Assembly (NCBI GenBank): GCA_012730105.1
Contig: JAAYBJ010000284.1
Location: 7,872 to 71,871 of the forward strand
Length of the DNA stretch: 64,000 nt
Direction of reading: 5' to 3'
DNA from: Candidatus Hydrogenedentota bacterium
GTDB taxonomy: Bacteria; Hydrogenedentota; Hydrogenedentia; Hydrogenedentales; CAITNO01
Shown: piece by piece, positions 53,017 to 61,521 of the stretch
Position numbering within the stretch: the stretch's first letter is position 1
Layout: every line of letters begins with the position of its first letter
Program-made: the position numbers and the translations under genes
The notes under the pieces: generated by a model
Seen by the model: only the letters and a program-made list of their open reading frames with translations
The model's database searches: none
Told to the model about the DNA's origin: nothing

Positions 53017-53039
53017 AGATCTCTCCTTTGCTGACGGGC

Positions 53040-53966
53040 TCAGCCCGCAGCGGTGCCGGGGTTGATGCGGTCCACGCTACCGACCAGTTCCAAGTCTTCT
53101 TCGATAACCTTCCTCGTCGCCCTGTAAACGGCCTCGGGCGACTCTTCAGGGGCACTTTCCAGCAGGGCCTCGTAAGGCTGCCTGATAGCCGTTGCAACAT
53201 TAATTTTAGCGATTCCATGACGTATCGCGTCAAGTACGCAGTTTTTACGTATGCCCGTGCCGCCGTGCAGAACCAGCGGGATGCCCGTTGTTTGGCGTAT
53301 CGCTTCCAGCCGCTCGATACTCAAGCGGGCTTCCAGTTTCTTTTCCCGGCGCGCCGAGGCCCCGATCGCTCCATGAACGCTGCCCACGGCGACCGACAGC
53401 CAGTCCACCCCGGTTTCCGCCACAAAGCGCCGCGCTTCTTCCGGATCGGTAAATCCTTTACCGGAGGCGAATAATTCCTCATAGGGCGGGAGCGGACCGG
53501 CCTCATGGCCCATCACGGCGCCCAATTCCGCTTCCACCGCCACACCGGAGGCATGGGCCATGTCCACAATGCGTCGGGTCGCGGCGATGTTTTCCTCCAA
53601 CGGCAGGCGCGAAGCGTCCACCATGACGGAGTCGTAACCCAGCGCGACAGCCTCGCCGAGGACGGCCTCGTAATCCACGGGCAGATGGTCTTCATCGATG
53701 ACGGGGACGTGATCCAGATGCAGCCGCGTAAAACGCTCATCTTTGACCTGCTGATACAGTTCGTATATGGGGCGCGGCCCGCCCGCGGCAAACTTGACCC
53801 ACTCCAGCCGTGCCACCATGATCAGACCGAAACAACGGGTATCACGCAACGCCCTGACCACGGGTTCCATCATGGGAAAATAGGGGATATTAAAACCGGG
53901 TATGGCCGTCCGCGCCAGCGCGGCACGTTCCATTAAAACCTGTATTCCTGGAGTCACTTGTGTCAT
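53040..53966 (-). CDS. Class II fructose/tagatose-bisphosphate aldolase family protein
   Basis: LHLDH, SVMVDAS, EAELG, GSVHG, LVLHGGTG and KINVAT motifs. Confidence 0.9.
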   Translation of the reverse strand: MTQVTPGIQVLMERAALARTAIPGFNIPYFPMMEPVVRALRDTRCFGLIMVARLEWVKFAAGGPRPIYELYQQVKDERFTRLHLDHVPVIDEDHLPVDYEAVLGEAVALGYDSVMVDASRLPLEENIAATRRIVDMAHASGVAVEAELGAVMGHEAGPLPPYEELFASGKGFTDPEEARRFVAETGVDWLSVAVGSVHGAIGASARREKKLEARLSIERLEAIRQTTGIPLVLHGGTGIRKNCVLDAIRHGIAKINVATAIRQPYEALLESAPEESPEAVYRATRKVIEEDLELVGSVDRINPGTAAG

Positions 53967-54205
53967 ACGAAGCCCTTGGAATAAAAACGGGGAAGGTACA
54001 AATCCTTTTACACGAAAGACTTACAATATCATGAACGTGAAGAAACGCTCAAGTTTGATTTATTTTCCGATTTAACGGGAAACAGGGAAAATGGGGGAAA
54101 GCGCGTATTTATTTCGTCATTTCCTGTTGTCACCCCTTGCACCGAAAGCAAGGAGAAACGACCTTTAAATCAAGAGATTGTTAAAAAGTTTCGGGTATTC
54201 CGGGA

Positions 54206-56401
54206 TCAGTTTAGCGGTGTTTCCGACGGGACGGCCAAGGTTGCCTGCAACTGCAGTAGCACCTGAAGATATTGTACGTTCATTTGCGCCACGACACCCA
54301 GATCATTCCGGTTGCGCGCATCCTTGGCATACAGTTCAATGCACTGCCGTGCGAGGTCGACCGCCTGCTGTATCTGCCCGGCGGCGGCGCTCCTGCCTTC
54401 AGTCAATCCGGACGCCGAGGCCTGTTCCTGAAAAACGCCATAGGCCCGATTCAGCGCCATCATGGATTCGAGGTAGTGGGCGCGCATACGCAGACGATTC
54501 AGCAGCAATGCCGCCCAGCTTTGGCCCTGCGCATCCAGTCCCGGAATCATCAGACCGATCGCGGCGATGGCTTCCCGGTCCTTTTCCAACAACGCCTGCT
54601 GCTCAACCACGATTTCTCCGGATCGGGTCAGAACACGCTGCCAGGATTCGGTTTTCAGTCCCTCGAGGGTATCCGGAAACGCCGGGAAACCCACCGCCGC
54701 CCATCCGGGCGCCAGTAGCATGGGCCGGTCATCGTAGGGATTGGCGGGCGGCGTATGGGGCGCCATGGCATCATAAGCGAGATATATACCCTTCAGGGAA
54801 GCGGCATCCTGCCCGTAAAGCCTGCGCACATACTCCCCGTAGAACTGATCCGCCGACAACTCCGGGCTCCAGCAAAACTCGGCAAGATACCGGATATTAT
54901 GCTCGATGCCGGACAGTTTCCAGCCTAACAGGGTCACGGCTTCCACACCCTGTTCCAGACACTTGCGGTACATGCGTTCCTGCCAGGTCACCCGCCACTG
55001 GGGGAACCATTGTTCCCCGTCAAATTCCCACCAGTCAATCATCCAGGTAGGCCGCCCTTGCTGCGCCGGCTGGTAGTATTCCAAGTGTCCGTTCACGGTC
55101 TGCTCGGGGTCGTAGGTGTTTAGCGAGGCGAAACGTATCTCCGGGGGAAAGTCTGGGTGAAGGCCCGGAAACAAGTGTTGCACGAACCAGCCGCCCGTGG
55201 CGATACGGGCGCGCTCTTCGGGCGTCAATGCGTTGACCAGGTCCCGGAAATGATAGGCATAATCGATATCTCCCGCATGGGTATCCAGCGGGGTCCAGCG
55301 CGCGTATTCGGCGCGCATGGCCGAGGCGCCCGGCTCGCTGCCCACGGGACGGCCCAGCACGCCCCGGGCTTCGGACTGCCACATCCAGTAATAGTCCGAC
55401 TGCGGATAAGTATCCACCAGGGACCGGTAACGCTGGAGTGAGATTTGGAGGTTTTCCGGGCGAAGCGGGTCCAGGCAGTTCGCGCCGCCATCCGGCTTGT
55501 CCGTCCATTGGACGTTCCCCGATGGTGGAGCCATTAATTCAAAACCGACACACGTGCGCATGCCCCGGGCATGGGCATGATCGAGAACGGTACGCATCAT
55601 GGCCTGCACGGCATCGGCCTGGGCGGCGGGATTGCCTGCGTTTTCCACATAGGGCCGCGGCCCGAATACGGCTTCCCCGCCGAAAGCGGCCTCACCGGCC
55701 GCGCCCGCAGTGGGAAACACATCCACCGGTATACCGATGGCGGTTGGCGTCACACGAACCCCGTCCACGGTTTCCGTGAAAAAGGCCATGCCGGGGTAGA
55801 AATGAAACTGCAGGAAATTTAACCGCATGCGTACTGCCCGGTCTATCAGCAACTGGTAATCTTCCAGGTTGTACCCGGACATGCCGCAGAGAAAATTGTC
55901 CCAGGGCAAAAGTCCCCGGTATTTGAAAGCGGGCGCCTGTACAATATCTAAGGGCACTATGTGGAAGAGGGTCTGCTCAGGCAGGCGTTCGCCGCTGATC
56001 TGGAAATAGGCGCCATAGGCTTCCAGCAGGGCATAGATGCCGTATAACACGCCCTGTTCCGTAGGAGACGCAATATACACTGTCTTGTCCACGCTTTTCA
56101 GGGCGTATCCCTGGTCCGCCTGGGGACCTTCCGGAAGCGTTATGGTCCCGCCGGCAAGAGCCTCCCGGATTCCGGGGTTGTTTTCAGGGCTACCGTAGAG
56201 AACGTGAAAATCCGCGGCAGGCGTACTTTCCGTGACGATGGGGTTACTGAACAGTTTTGAGAAATATCCCTGCAGTTCTGTGCCTGCATAGGCCTGTAAG
56301 ACACCCGTATTGTCACCGTCATCCAGAAACACGACGGGCTGCGCGTCTTCGGCATAGGCGCAAACACTCAAAAAAAGAGCGGATAGCAGGGTAAATCGCA
56401 T
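54206..56401 (-). CDS. Secreted putative glycoside hydrolase (GH20/GH67-like N-domain plus barrel)
   Basis: Signal peptide; DQGYALKS, GVLYGIYALLE, PAFKYRG and RLNFLQFH motifs. Confidence 0.65.
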   Translation of the reverse strand: MRFTLLSALFLSVCAYAEDAQPVVFLDDGDNTGVLQAYAGTELQGYFSKLFSNPIVTESTPAADFHVLYGSPENNPGIREALAGGTITLPEGPQADQGYALKSVDKTVYIASPTEQGVLYGIYALLEAYGAYFQISGERLPEQTLFHIVPLDIVQAPAFKYRGLLPWDNFLCGMSGYNLEDYQLLIDRAVRMRLNFLQFHFYPGMAFFTETVDGVRVTPTAIGIPVDVFPTAGAAGEAAFGGEAVFGPRPYVENAGNPAAQADAVQAMMRTVLDHAHARGMRTCVGFELMAPPSGNVQWTDKPDGGANCLDPLRPENLQISLQRYRSLVDTYPQSDYYWMWQSEARGVLGRPVGSEPGASAMRAEYARWTPLDTHAGDIDYAYHFRDLVNALTPEERARIATGGWFVQHLFPGLHPDFPPEIRFASLNTYDPEQTVNGHLEYYQPAQQGRPTWMIDWWEFDGEQWFPQWRVTWQERMYRKCLEQGVEAVTLLGWKLSGIEHNIRYLAEFCWSPELSADQFYGEYVRRLYGQDAASLKGIYLAYDAMAPHTPPANPYDDRPMLLAPGWAAVGFPAFPDTLEGLKTESWQRVLTRSGEIVVEQQALLEKDREAIAAIGLMIPGLDAQGQSWAALLLNRLRMRAHYLESMMALNRAYGVFQEQASASGLTEGRSAAAGQIQQAVDLARQCIELYAKDARNRNDLGVVAQMNVQYLQVLLQLQATLAVPSETPLN

Positions 56402-56556
56402 GATGGTTTTCCTTGGAAAGGGAGCGGCACAAAGTATGACAGCCCAAAGTGATACTTTGATTGAAATACCCTTGTCAGGGTGCTGTTATCCTAACGCATC
56501 CGGCCGGGCTTGTACAACCTGGGGGATGAAAGCGGGGGAGGAGGTAAAACAATCTC

Positions 56557-57498
56557 TTAAATCTTTCTGCGGTAGTAGTCAATAATAACCGCAGCCACAA
56601 TGATGCCCCCGGTCACGAGCCGCTTCAGGGGTTCCTGCGCGCCGATCTGAACCAGACCACTCTCCAGCACGGCTATGATGATCACACCGAACAGGGTGTT
56701 TATGACCTTGCCCCGGCCGCCCATCAGGCTGGTGCCGCCGATGACCACCGCCGCGATGGCCTGTAGTTCATACCCGATGCCGGCGTTGGGATCGGCGGCG
56801 GTCAGGCGGGCGCAATGAATCACAGCGGCCAGCGATGCCAGCCCGCCGCAGATCATATATACCAGCAGTTTCACCCTGCCGACGGCGATACCCGACAGCC
56901 GCGCGGCCTCTTCATTGCCCCCGATGGCGTACATGCTCCTGCCGGCGGTCGTATAGGAAAGCAGGAACTGCCCGGCCAGCACGACCAGCATGGCACATAA
57001 AAAGGGGAGAGATAGCCCCATGAAGTTGCCGCGATTGATCCATTCTATGCCCGTCCCGATGTATTGGGTTTTGGAGCCCGTCACCAGGTAGGCGCCGCCC
57101 CGGGCCGCCTCCAGCATGCCCAGCGTGACAATAAAGGCCGGCAATTGCCACCGAACCACAAAAAAACCGTTGACCGCGCCGCAAAGAATACCTACGCCCA
57201 CACAGGCCAGAATCGCGACGGGCAGGGGGGCCTGCCAGCGGACCAGGGCGAGACCGAGCACCGCGCCGCCCAGGGCCAGCACGGAGCCCACCGACAGGTC
57301 AATGCCGGCGATGATCAGGACGAAGGTCATGCCCGTGGCCAGAATCACCGCATCGGGAATCTGGTTGGCGATGGTGCGGAAGGTGGTCCAGGTGAAGAAG
57401 TAGTCCGTGGCGAAGCCGAACGCGGCAATCAGCAGGGCCAGTACCGCGGCAAGGCCAATATAATCCACCAGGGAACGCAGCAGGTAACGGCCGTACAT
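56557..57498 (-). CDS. Monosaccharide ABC transporter permease (RbsC-like)
   Basis: GIDLSVGS, FIVTLG, YAIGGNEEAARLSGI and AAVVIGGTSLMGG motifs. Confidence 0.93.
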   Translation of the reverse strand: MYGRYLLRSLVDYIGLAAVLALLIAAFGFATDYFFTWTTFRTIANQIPDAVILATGMTFVLIIAGIDLSVGSVLALGGAVLGLALVRWQAPLPVAILACVGVGILCGAVNGFFVVRWQLPAFIVTLGMLEAARGGAYLVTGSKTQYIGTGIEWINRGNFMGLSLPFLCAMLVVLAGQFLLSYTTAGRSMYAIGGNEEAARLSGIAVGRVKLLVYMICGGLASLAAVIHCARLTAADPNAGIGYELQAIAAVVIGGTSLMGGRGKVINTLFGVIIIAVLESGLVQIGAQEPLKRLVTGGIIVAAVIIDYYRRKI

Positions 57499-57499
57499 A

Positions 57500-58465
57500 T
57501 TACTTCACCGTCTCCGCGCTGACCAGTTCCACGGGCGTTTCCTTGTCTTCCGGAGCGGCCCCCGTTTCAATCAGGTGCAGGGCCGCCTCTATGCCGTAAA
57601 CAGCCAGCTGGTCCGCATACTGTGCCACCGTGGCCAAAAGTTCACCCTTGCGCACCATCTCCACCGCCGCGGTGATGGCGTCAAAACCGATGACATGAAT
57701 CTGCCCCAGTTTTCCCGCCGACCGCAACGCGGCCACCGCGCCCAGGGCCATGCTGTCATTGGCGCACAGCAGCGCCTTGAGCCCGGGCTGTTCCGTAATC
57801 AGCGCGGAAACGACTTGGTTCGCCTTGGCCATTTCCCAGTCACCCACCTGGGAGGCGACGATGTTCATGCCGGCCGCATCCATGGCCTCGCGAAAGCCCT
57901 GCAGGCGCTGTATGCCGTTGTAGGCAGAAGGCACGCCCTCAATGATGGCCACGGGATCGCCCGGTTGTAGTTTTTTCGCCAAGTACTCGCCCGCCATACG
58001 GGCGCCCTTGCGGTTGTCGGGCCCGACAAAGGGAATATGAATACCCCGTTCCGCCAAGACATCCGCGTCAAACTTGTTGTCTATGTTAATCACGACAACG
58101 CCCGCTTCCATGGCGCGCTGACAAACTTGCACGAGCGCCTTGGAATCCGCGGGAGCGATGACAATTGCGTTCACGCGTCGGCTCAGCATCTGCTCCACCA
58201 GTTGTATCTGACGGTTAACGTCCAGCTCATCCTTAATACCGTCCGCGAACAGCTCATAACGCTCAGCATGCGCAGCCTGATGGGCTTTTGCGCCCTCTTC
58301 CATGGTCAAGAAGAACTCGTTCGCCAACGATTTCATCACCAGTGCGATGCGCGGTTTTTCCGGCGCCTTCGTCTCGGGTTGAACCGCCCCGTTATCCTGT
58401 TTCCCACAGGCGGACACCAGCAATACGGTGATCATTAAAACATACGTTACGAAAATCTTTTTCAT
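57500..58465 (-). CDS. Monosaccharide ABC transporter substrate-binding lipoprotein (RbsB-like)
   Basis: Lipobox VSAC; KSLANEFF, GPDN, CANDSMALGA and GFD motifs. Confidence 0.92.
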   Translation of the reverse strand: MKKIFVTYVLMITVLLVSACGKQDNGAVQPETKAPEKPRIALVMKSLANEFFLTMEEGAKAHQAAHAERYELFADGIKDELDVNRQIQLVEQMLSRRVNAIVIAPADSKALVQVCQRAMEAGVVVINIDNKFDADVLAERGIHIPFVGPDNRKGARMAGEYLAKKLQPGDPVAIIEGVPSAYNGIQRLQGFREAMDAAGMNIVASQVGDWEMAKANQVVSALITEQPGLKALLCANDSMALGAVAALRSAGKLGQIHVIGFDAITAAVEMVRKGELLATVAQYADQLAVYGIEAALHLIETGAAPEDKETPVELVSAETVK

Positions 58466-58657
58466 AGATCCTCCTTGCGATTAGCATATCAGCAGAAGGC
58501 ATTCCGGAACAATTGGAATACCCAGGGGCAGGGTCTATCACGGTGTACAGCCATGGCGGTAAAAAGTGGCGGTAAAAAGTTGAAATGCGCCAATGCTATT
58601 TGCTACACTTTCTTCAACAGTGCAGGGCATCGCAATGCACTGTCTCGCCTATGTTGC

Positions 58658-58735
58658 GTCCCCATCGTCTAGCCTGGCCTAGGACACCGCCCTTTCACGG
58701 CGGCGACAGGGGTTCAAATCCCCTTGGGGACGCCA
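58658..58735 (+). tRNA. tRNA-Glu (TTC)
   Basis: GTCCCCA stem, CCGCC-CTTTCAC-GGCGG anticodon arm, GTTCAAAT, encoded CCA. Confidence 0.97.
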
Positions 58736-58924
58736 TTTTTTTTACTTGAGATCCTCTGCAACCGTATGCCAATGAATGCTATACCCCTGTAAATAAAGGG
58801 TGAAATGCATCAAATACCCTCTTGATAATTTTTTTTCGTGATTATACCTGTTGCGCCGCGGAATGACATTCTATGAGATAGTACGCCCGAATTTGGTACA
58901 CATGTAGGTGCACACGAAGGATTG

Positions 58925-59086
58925 CTACTCATCCGTGCTTCCGCGAATGGCCTCGATAGCCACCTTCGCTTTCGTTTTCGCGCTATGCTGCCTTCGTTCT
59001 CTCTTCATCGCAGTCCTCCTCACTGGCCACCAGTCTACTGTCATAGAACCTCTTATTCCCAAGTCCAGTTTTTGGGGCCCGCATCA
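58925..59086 (-). mobile_element. IS3-family left-end remnant (IRL plus truncated orfA)
   Basis: Minus strand begins TGATGCGGGCCCCAAAAACTGGAC (59086-59063), then RBS GAGGAGG and MKRERRQHSAKTKAKVAIEAIRG-STDE* (59008-58925), the typical IS3 OrfA N-terminus. Confidence 0.8.
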
Positions 59087-59299
59087 CCTGTCTGCTTTCC
59101 TAATACATGCTCATTCATCTGAGTTCGGCCATCTTCATCAATCTCCGTGTCATGCTCGTCTGCTTCCCGCCTTGCCTACGCAAGATTCAATAGCGGCATA
59201 TCCTTGGGTATAGGTGATAGCTGCGTACGGGGCATGTGAGGCCGGGGGGCGTTGTGGCAGAAAAGGCTCTTGAGGGAGCTGCGCGCGCTTCACCATCGT

Positions 59300-60253
59300 T
59301 CACAACCCATCGACCCAGTCCTGCACATCCTCTTCCGCCGTTACGGGAGGGCATTGAGTCTGATCCGTGATACACATGTCCTCATAGGAGAAATTAAAGT
59401 CTTTGGCCGCTTGTCGAAAAGCAGCGGCGACTTCGGGCGGCATCGCGGCATCGGACGCTTCGGGGGCGCGGGTCATGACATTTACCCCGGCGTACGCGCC
59501 GGCAGGCGTTGATCCGCAATAGTTGTACATGATCCAATTCGGATCGGGTTTGGAGAGGATGTACCAGCGCTCTTGCTGCGGTTGAAGGGGCGGGTTGGCG
59601 TAGATAACGTCCAGCAAGCCCGGTATTTGGTCGCTTATCCTCGGTTCCGCGATCAAGTAAACGGGATCCTCTTCGCTGCAGCTTCCATTTTCCGCGGGAG
59701 CACAGAAGGACGTATGGTACCACCACTGTTCCGCATTATAGATCCAGGAACTCGCCCTGCAGGGAAGGGCATCGTAGCCGCCCTCCCAGCCCGACCCGGG
59801 AACACCACAGTTCAGGCCCCGTACCTCCAGCCATGTTCCCTCGAGCTCGTCAAGGCTCTCAAGAACATACACGTTGTGAATGTTCTCGCAGCTAACCAGA
59901 CATCGGCCGTCCGTACCTTCCGGCAAGGTGGGTAAGCAACCATTTTCGGCGAAGCATTGCACCAAGGCACTGTATATCTCGCTGCCTTCTCCTTGAGCGA
60001 GTTGACAGACCAGGTTGCAGGCTTGTTGCTCGGCTTGTGCGCCCGCTGAACCACATGCGGCGTTGCATTCGAGTGCTTCACGGCAAGCAGGGTCCAACAC
60101 ACAAAGAATCATCTCTGTCGGGCAGTTCGCCAACCCACACATCAACACTTCGCGGTCCGAGTCCGGGGTGTCGCCGGTGTCGAACAAGCAAGTGCAGCCT
60201 TGAAGCAAAGCCAGAATGAGAAGGACGAAAATAGAAAGATGTATTCTGTTCAT
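59300..60253 (-). CDS. Violaxanthin de-epoxidase (VDE/VDL)-like Cys-rich lipocalin lipoprotein
   Basis: RBS GGAG, lipobox LQGC, Cys pattern C-x4-C-x6-C-x5-C-x5-C-x3-C-x11-C-x3-C-x16-C-x5-C, then GTWLEVRGLN, YDALPC, ERWYILS, YNYCG, YAGVNVMTR and TDQTQC. Confidence 0.8.
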   Translation of the reverse strand: MNRIHLSIFVLLILALLQGCTCLFDTGDTPDSDREVLMCGLANCPTEMILCVLDPACREALECNAACGSAGAQAEQQACNLVCQLAQGEGSEIYSALVQCFAENGCLPTLPEGTDGRCLVSCENIHNVYVLESLDELEGTWLEVRGLNCGVPGSGWEGGYDALPCRASSWIYNAEQWWYHTSFCAPAENGSCSEEDPVYLIAEPRISDQIPGLLDVIYANPPLQPQQERWYILSKPDPNWIMYNYCGSTPAGAYAGVNVMTRAPEASDAAMPPEVAAAFRQAAKDFNFSYEDMCITDQTQCPPVTAEEDVQDWVDGL

Positions 60254-60277
60254 CAGTTCTTCTCCAGTCCCGAGGAA

Positions 60278-60575
60278 TGAGGCTGTTCCCATCGCTTGGA
60301 CCGTTTTTCGGGTAAGTTAAGATGGTGATTTCCGTTTGTACCAGTAACCCATCCATATATTCGAACTGAAAGAAACGGCCAGAACCAAATGGTTTGGACC
60401 GCTCCCTTTCTTTCTCTTTCCTCCATGCACAATATACCAGATGCGGCGTGAACTGTCAAAGGGTGGCGATGACCGTTTCTCATGCATGATCTCCGGTGCA
60501 GTACCGGTGTCCCGGTGTGGCGTAGGAAAGGGCTTGATGCGGGCGTTGCTGGTTGTAAAACGTGAAATACGCGCC
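60278..60575 (-). mobile_element. IS3-family right-end remnant (orfB C-terminus plus IRR)
   Basis: Minus frame encodes YFTFYNQQRPHQALSYATP...* (stop 60480-60482), the IS3 integrase C-terminal motif. IRR ends ...GTCCAAGCGATGGGAACAGCCTCA at 60278, 15/24 identical to the IRL as an inverted repeat. Confidence 0.8.
60431..60459 (-). promoter_or_regulatory. Outward-facing sigma70 promoter inside the IS3 right end
   Basis: TTGACA-N17-TATATT with TG extended -10, pointing at the VDE-like gene. Confidence 0.7.
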
Positions 60576-60624
60576 GTGCCGTTCTTCTGGATTCGGTCAT
60601 CGAGTGTGTTGCCCTCGAAGAGTC

Positions 60625-61284
60625 TTATTCAGCCTTCTCGGAAGAGTCTTTCAATTCTTTGATACGCACATTGCGGTACCACACCCGTTTGGCTTCATCC
60701 TGAAAGCCGATGTGACCTTCCAAGGGGCGATCTTTCATGGCCGATTGATTAAGGGCAATATCAATGATTTGTTCACCGTTGAGCACGACTTCCAGGTGGT
60801 GTCCCTTACAGGTAATGGTGTAGCGGTTCCATTCCCCCGCAGGTTTCGCCATGTTTTTTGACGGCCCGACAGTCCCTATGAGGCCGCCGCAGTCATGGTG
60901 GCCGGGATTTTCGAGGCCATGGGTATCGAGAATCTGCACCTCCATGCCGGTTTCCACCGGATTCAAGGGATCCCCCACCCGGAGGAAAACACCTGAATTA
61001 CCGGTTTTCTCTATCTTGAATTCCAAATCGAGAATGAAATCCGTGTAGGTACGCTCGGTCATGATGTACGCGTCGAAACGCTGCCAGCCTTCTTCCCCCG
61101 GTCGAGGTTTCAACGTGACCGTGCCCTCCGCTTCCACCAGCCAGTTGCCGGTAGTCTTCCACCCGGCAAGCGACTTGCCGTCAAAAAGCGGGACGAAATC
61201 GTCGTTAGACACTTGCTCCGCCTTGGACGTCGCCGCAACCAGTATCAAGGCCCCAATGCCCAGGAATAGTTTTGTCGTACTCAT
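60625..61284 (-). CDS. DUF1080 / 3-keto-disaccharide hydrolase family secreted protein
   Basis: LFDGKSLAGW, DFILDLEFK, NSGVFLR, EVQILD, GEWN, GHIGFQD and YRNVRIKEL motifs. Confidence 0.9.
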   Translation of the reverse strand: MSTTKLFLGIGALILVAATSKAEQVSNDDFVPLFDGKSLAGWKTTGNWLVEAEGTVTLKPRPGEEGWQRFDAYIMTERTYTDFILDLEFKIEKTGNSGVFLRVGDPLNPVETGMEVQILDTHGLENPGHHDCGGLIGTVGPSKNMAKPAGEWNRYTITCKGHHLEVVLNGEQIIDIALNQSAMKDRPLEGHIGFQDEAKRVWYRNVRIKELKDSSEKAE

Positions 61285-61318
61285 AGTTATTTCTCCGGTT
61301 TTCATCTTATTGTACGGA

Positions 61319-61491
61319 TTAACCTAAAAACGGCTGTTGACGCGGGGAAAACCTTTCCAAAGAAAGGACTTAAAGGACGTAAAGGACGCAGCAACCGGGA
61401 GAACGTTTTACTGTCCTTTTGGTCGTTTATGTCCTTTAAGTCCTTTGGTTTGAAAACCGCGTCAGAATTCAACTGCCGTTTTTAGGATTAA
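61319..61491. repeat. MITE/REP-like nested inverted-repeat element
   Basis: Ends TTAACCTAAAAACGGCTGTTGA / TCAACTGCCGTTTTTAGGATTAA; inner arms AAAGGACTTAAAGGAC / GTCCTTTAAGTCCTTT. Confidence 0.75.
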
Positions 61492-61521
61492 AGCATTCCC
61501 CGAGATAGCGCAGTTCGGGAC

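Noticed and set aside
61364..61446. Short AAAGGAC repeats as a possible CRISPR array
   Set aside because: The period is 9 bp with no unique spacers, the repeats are inverted, and no cas genes are present.
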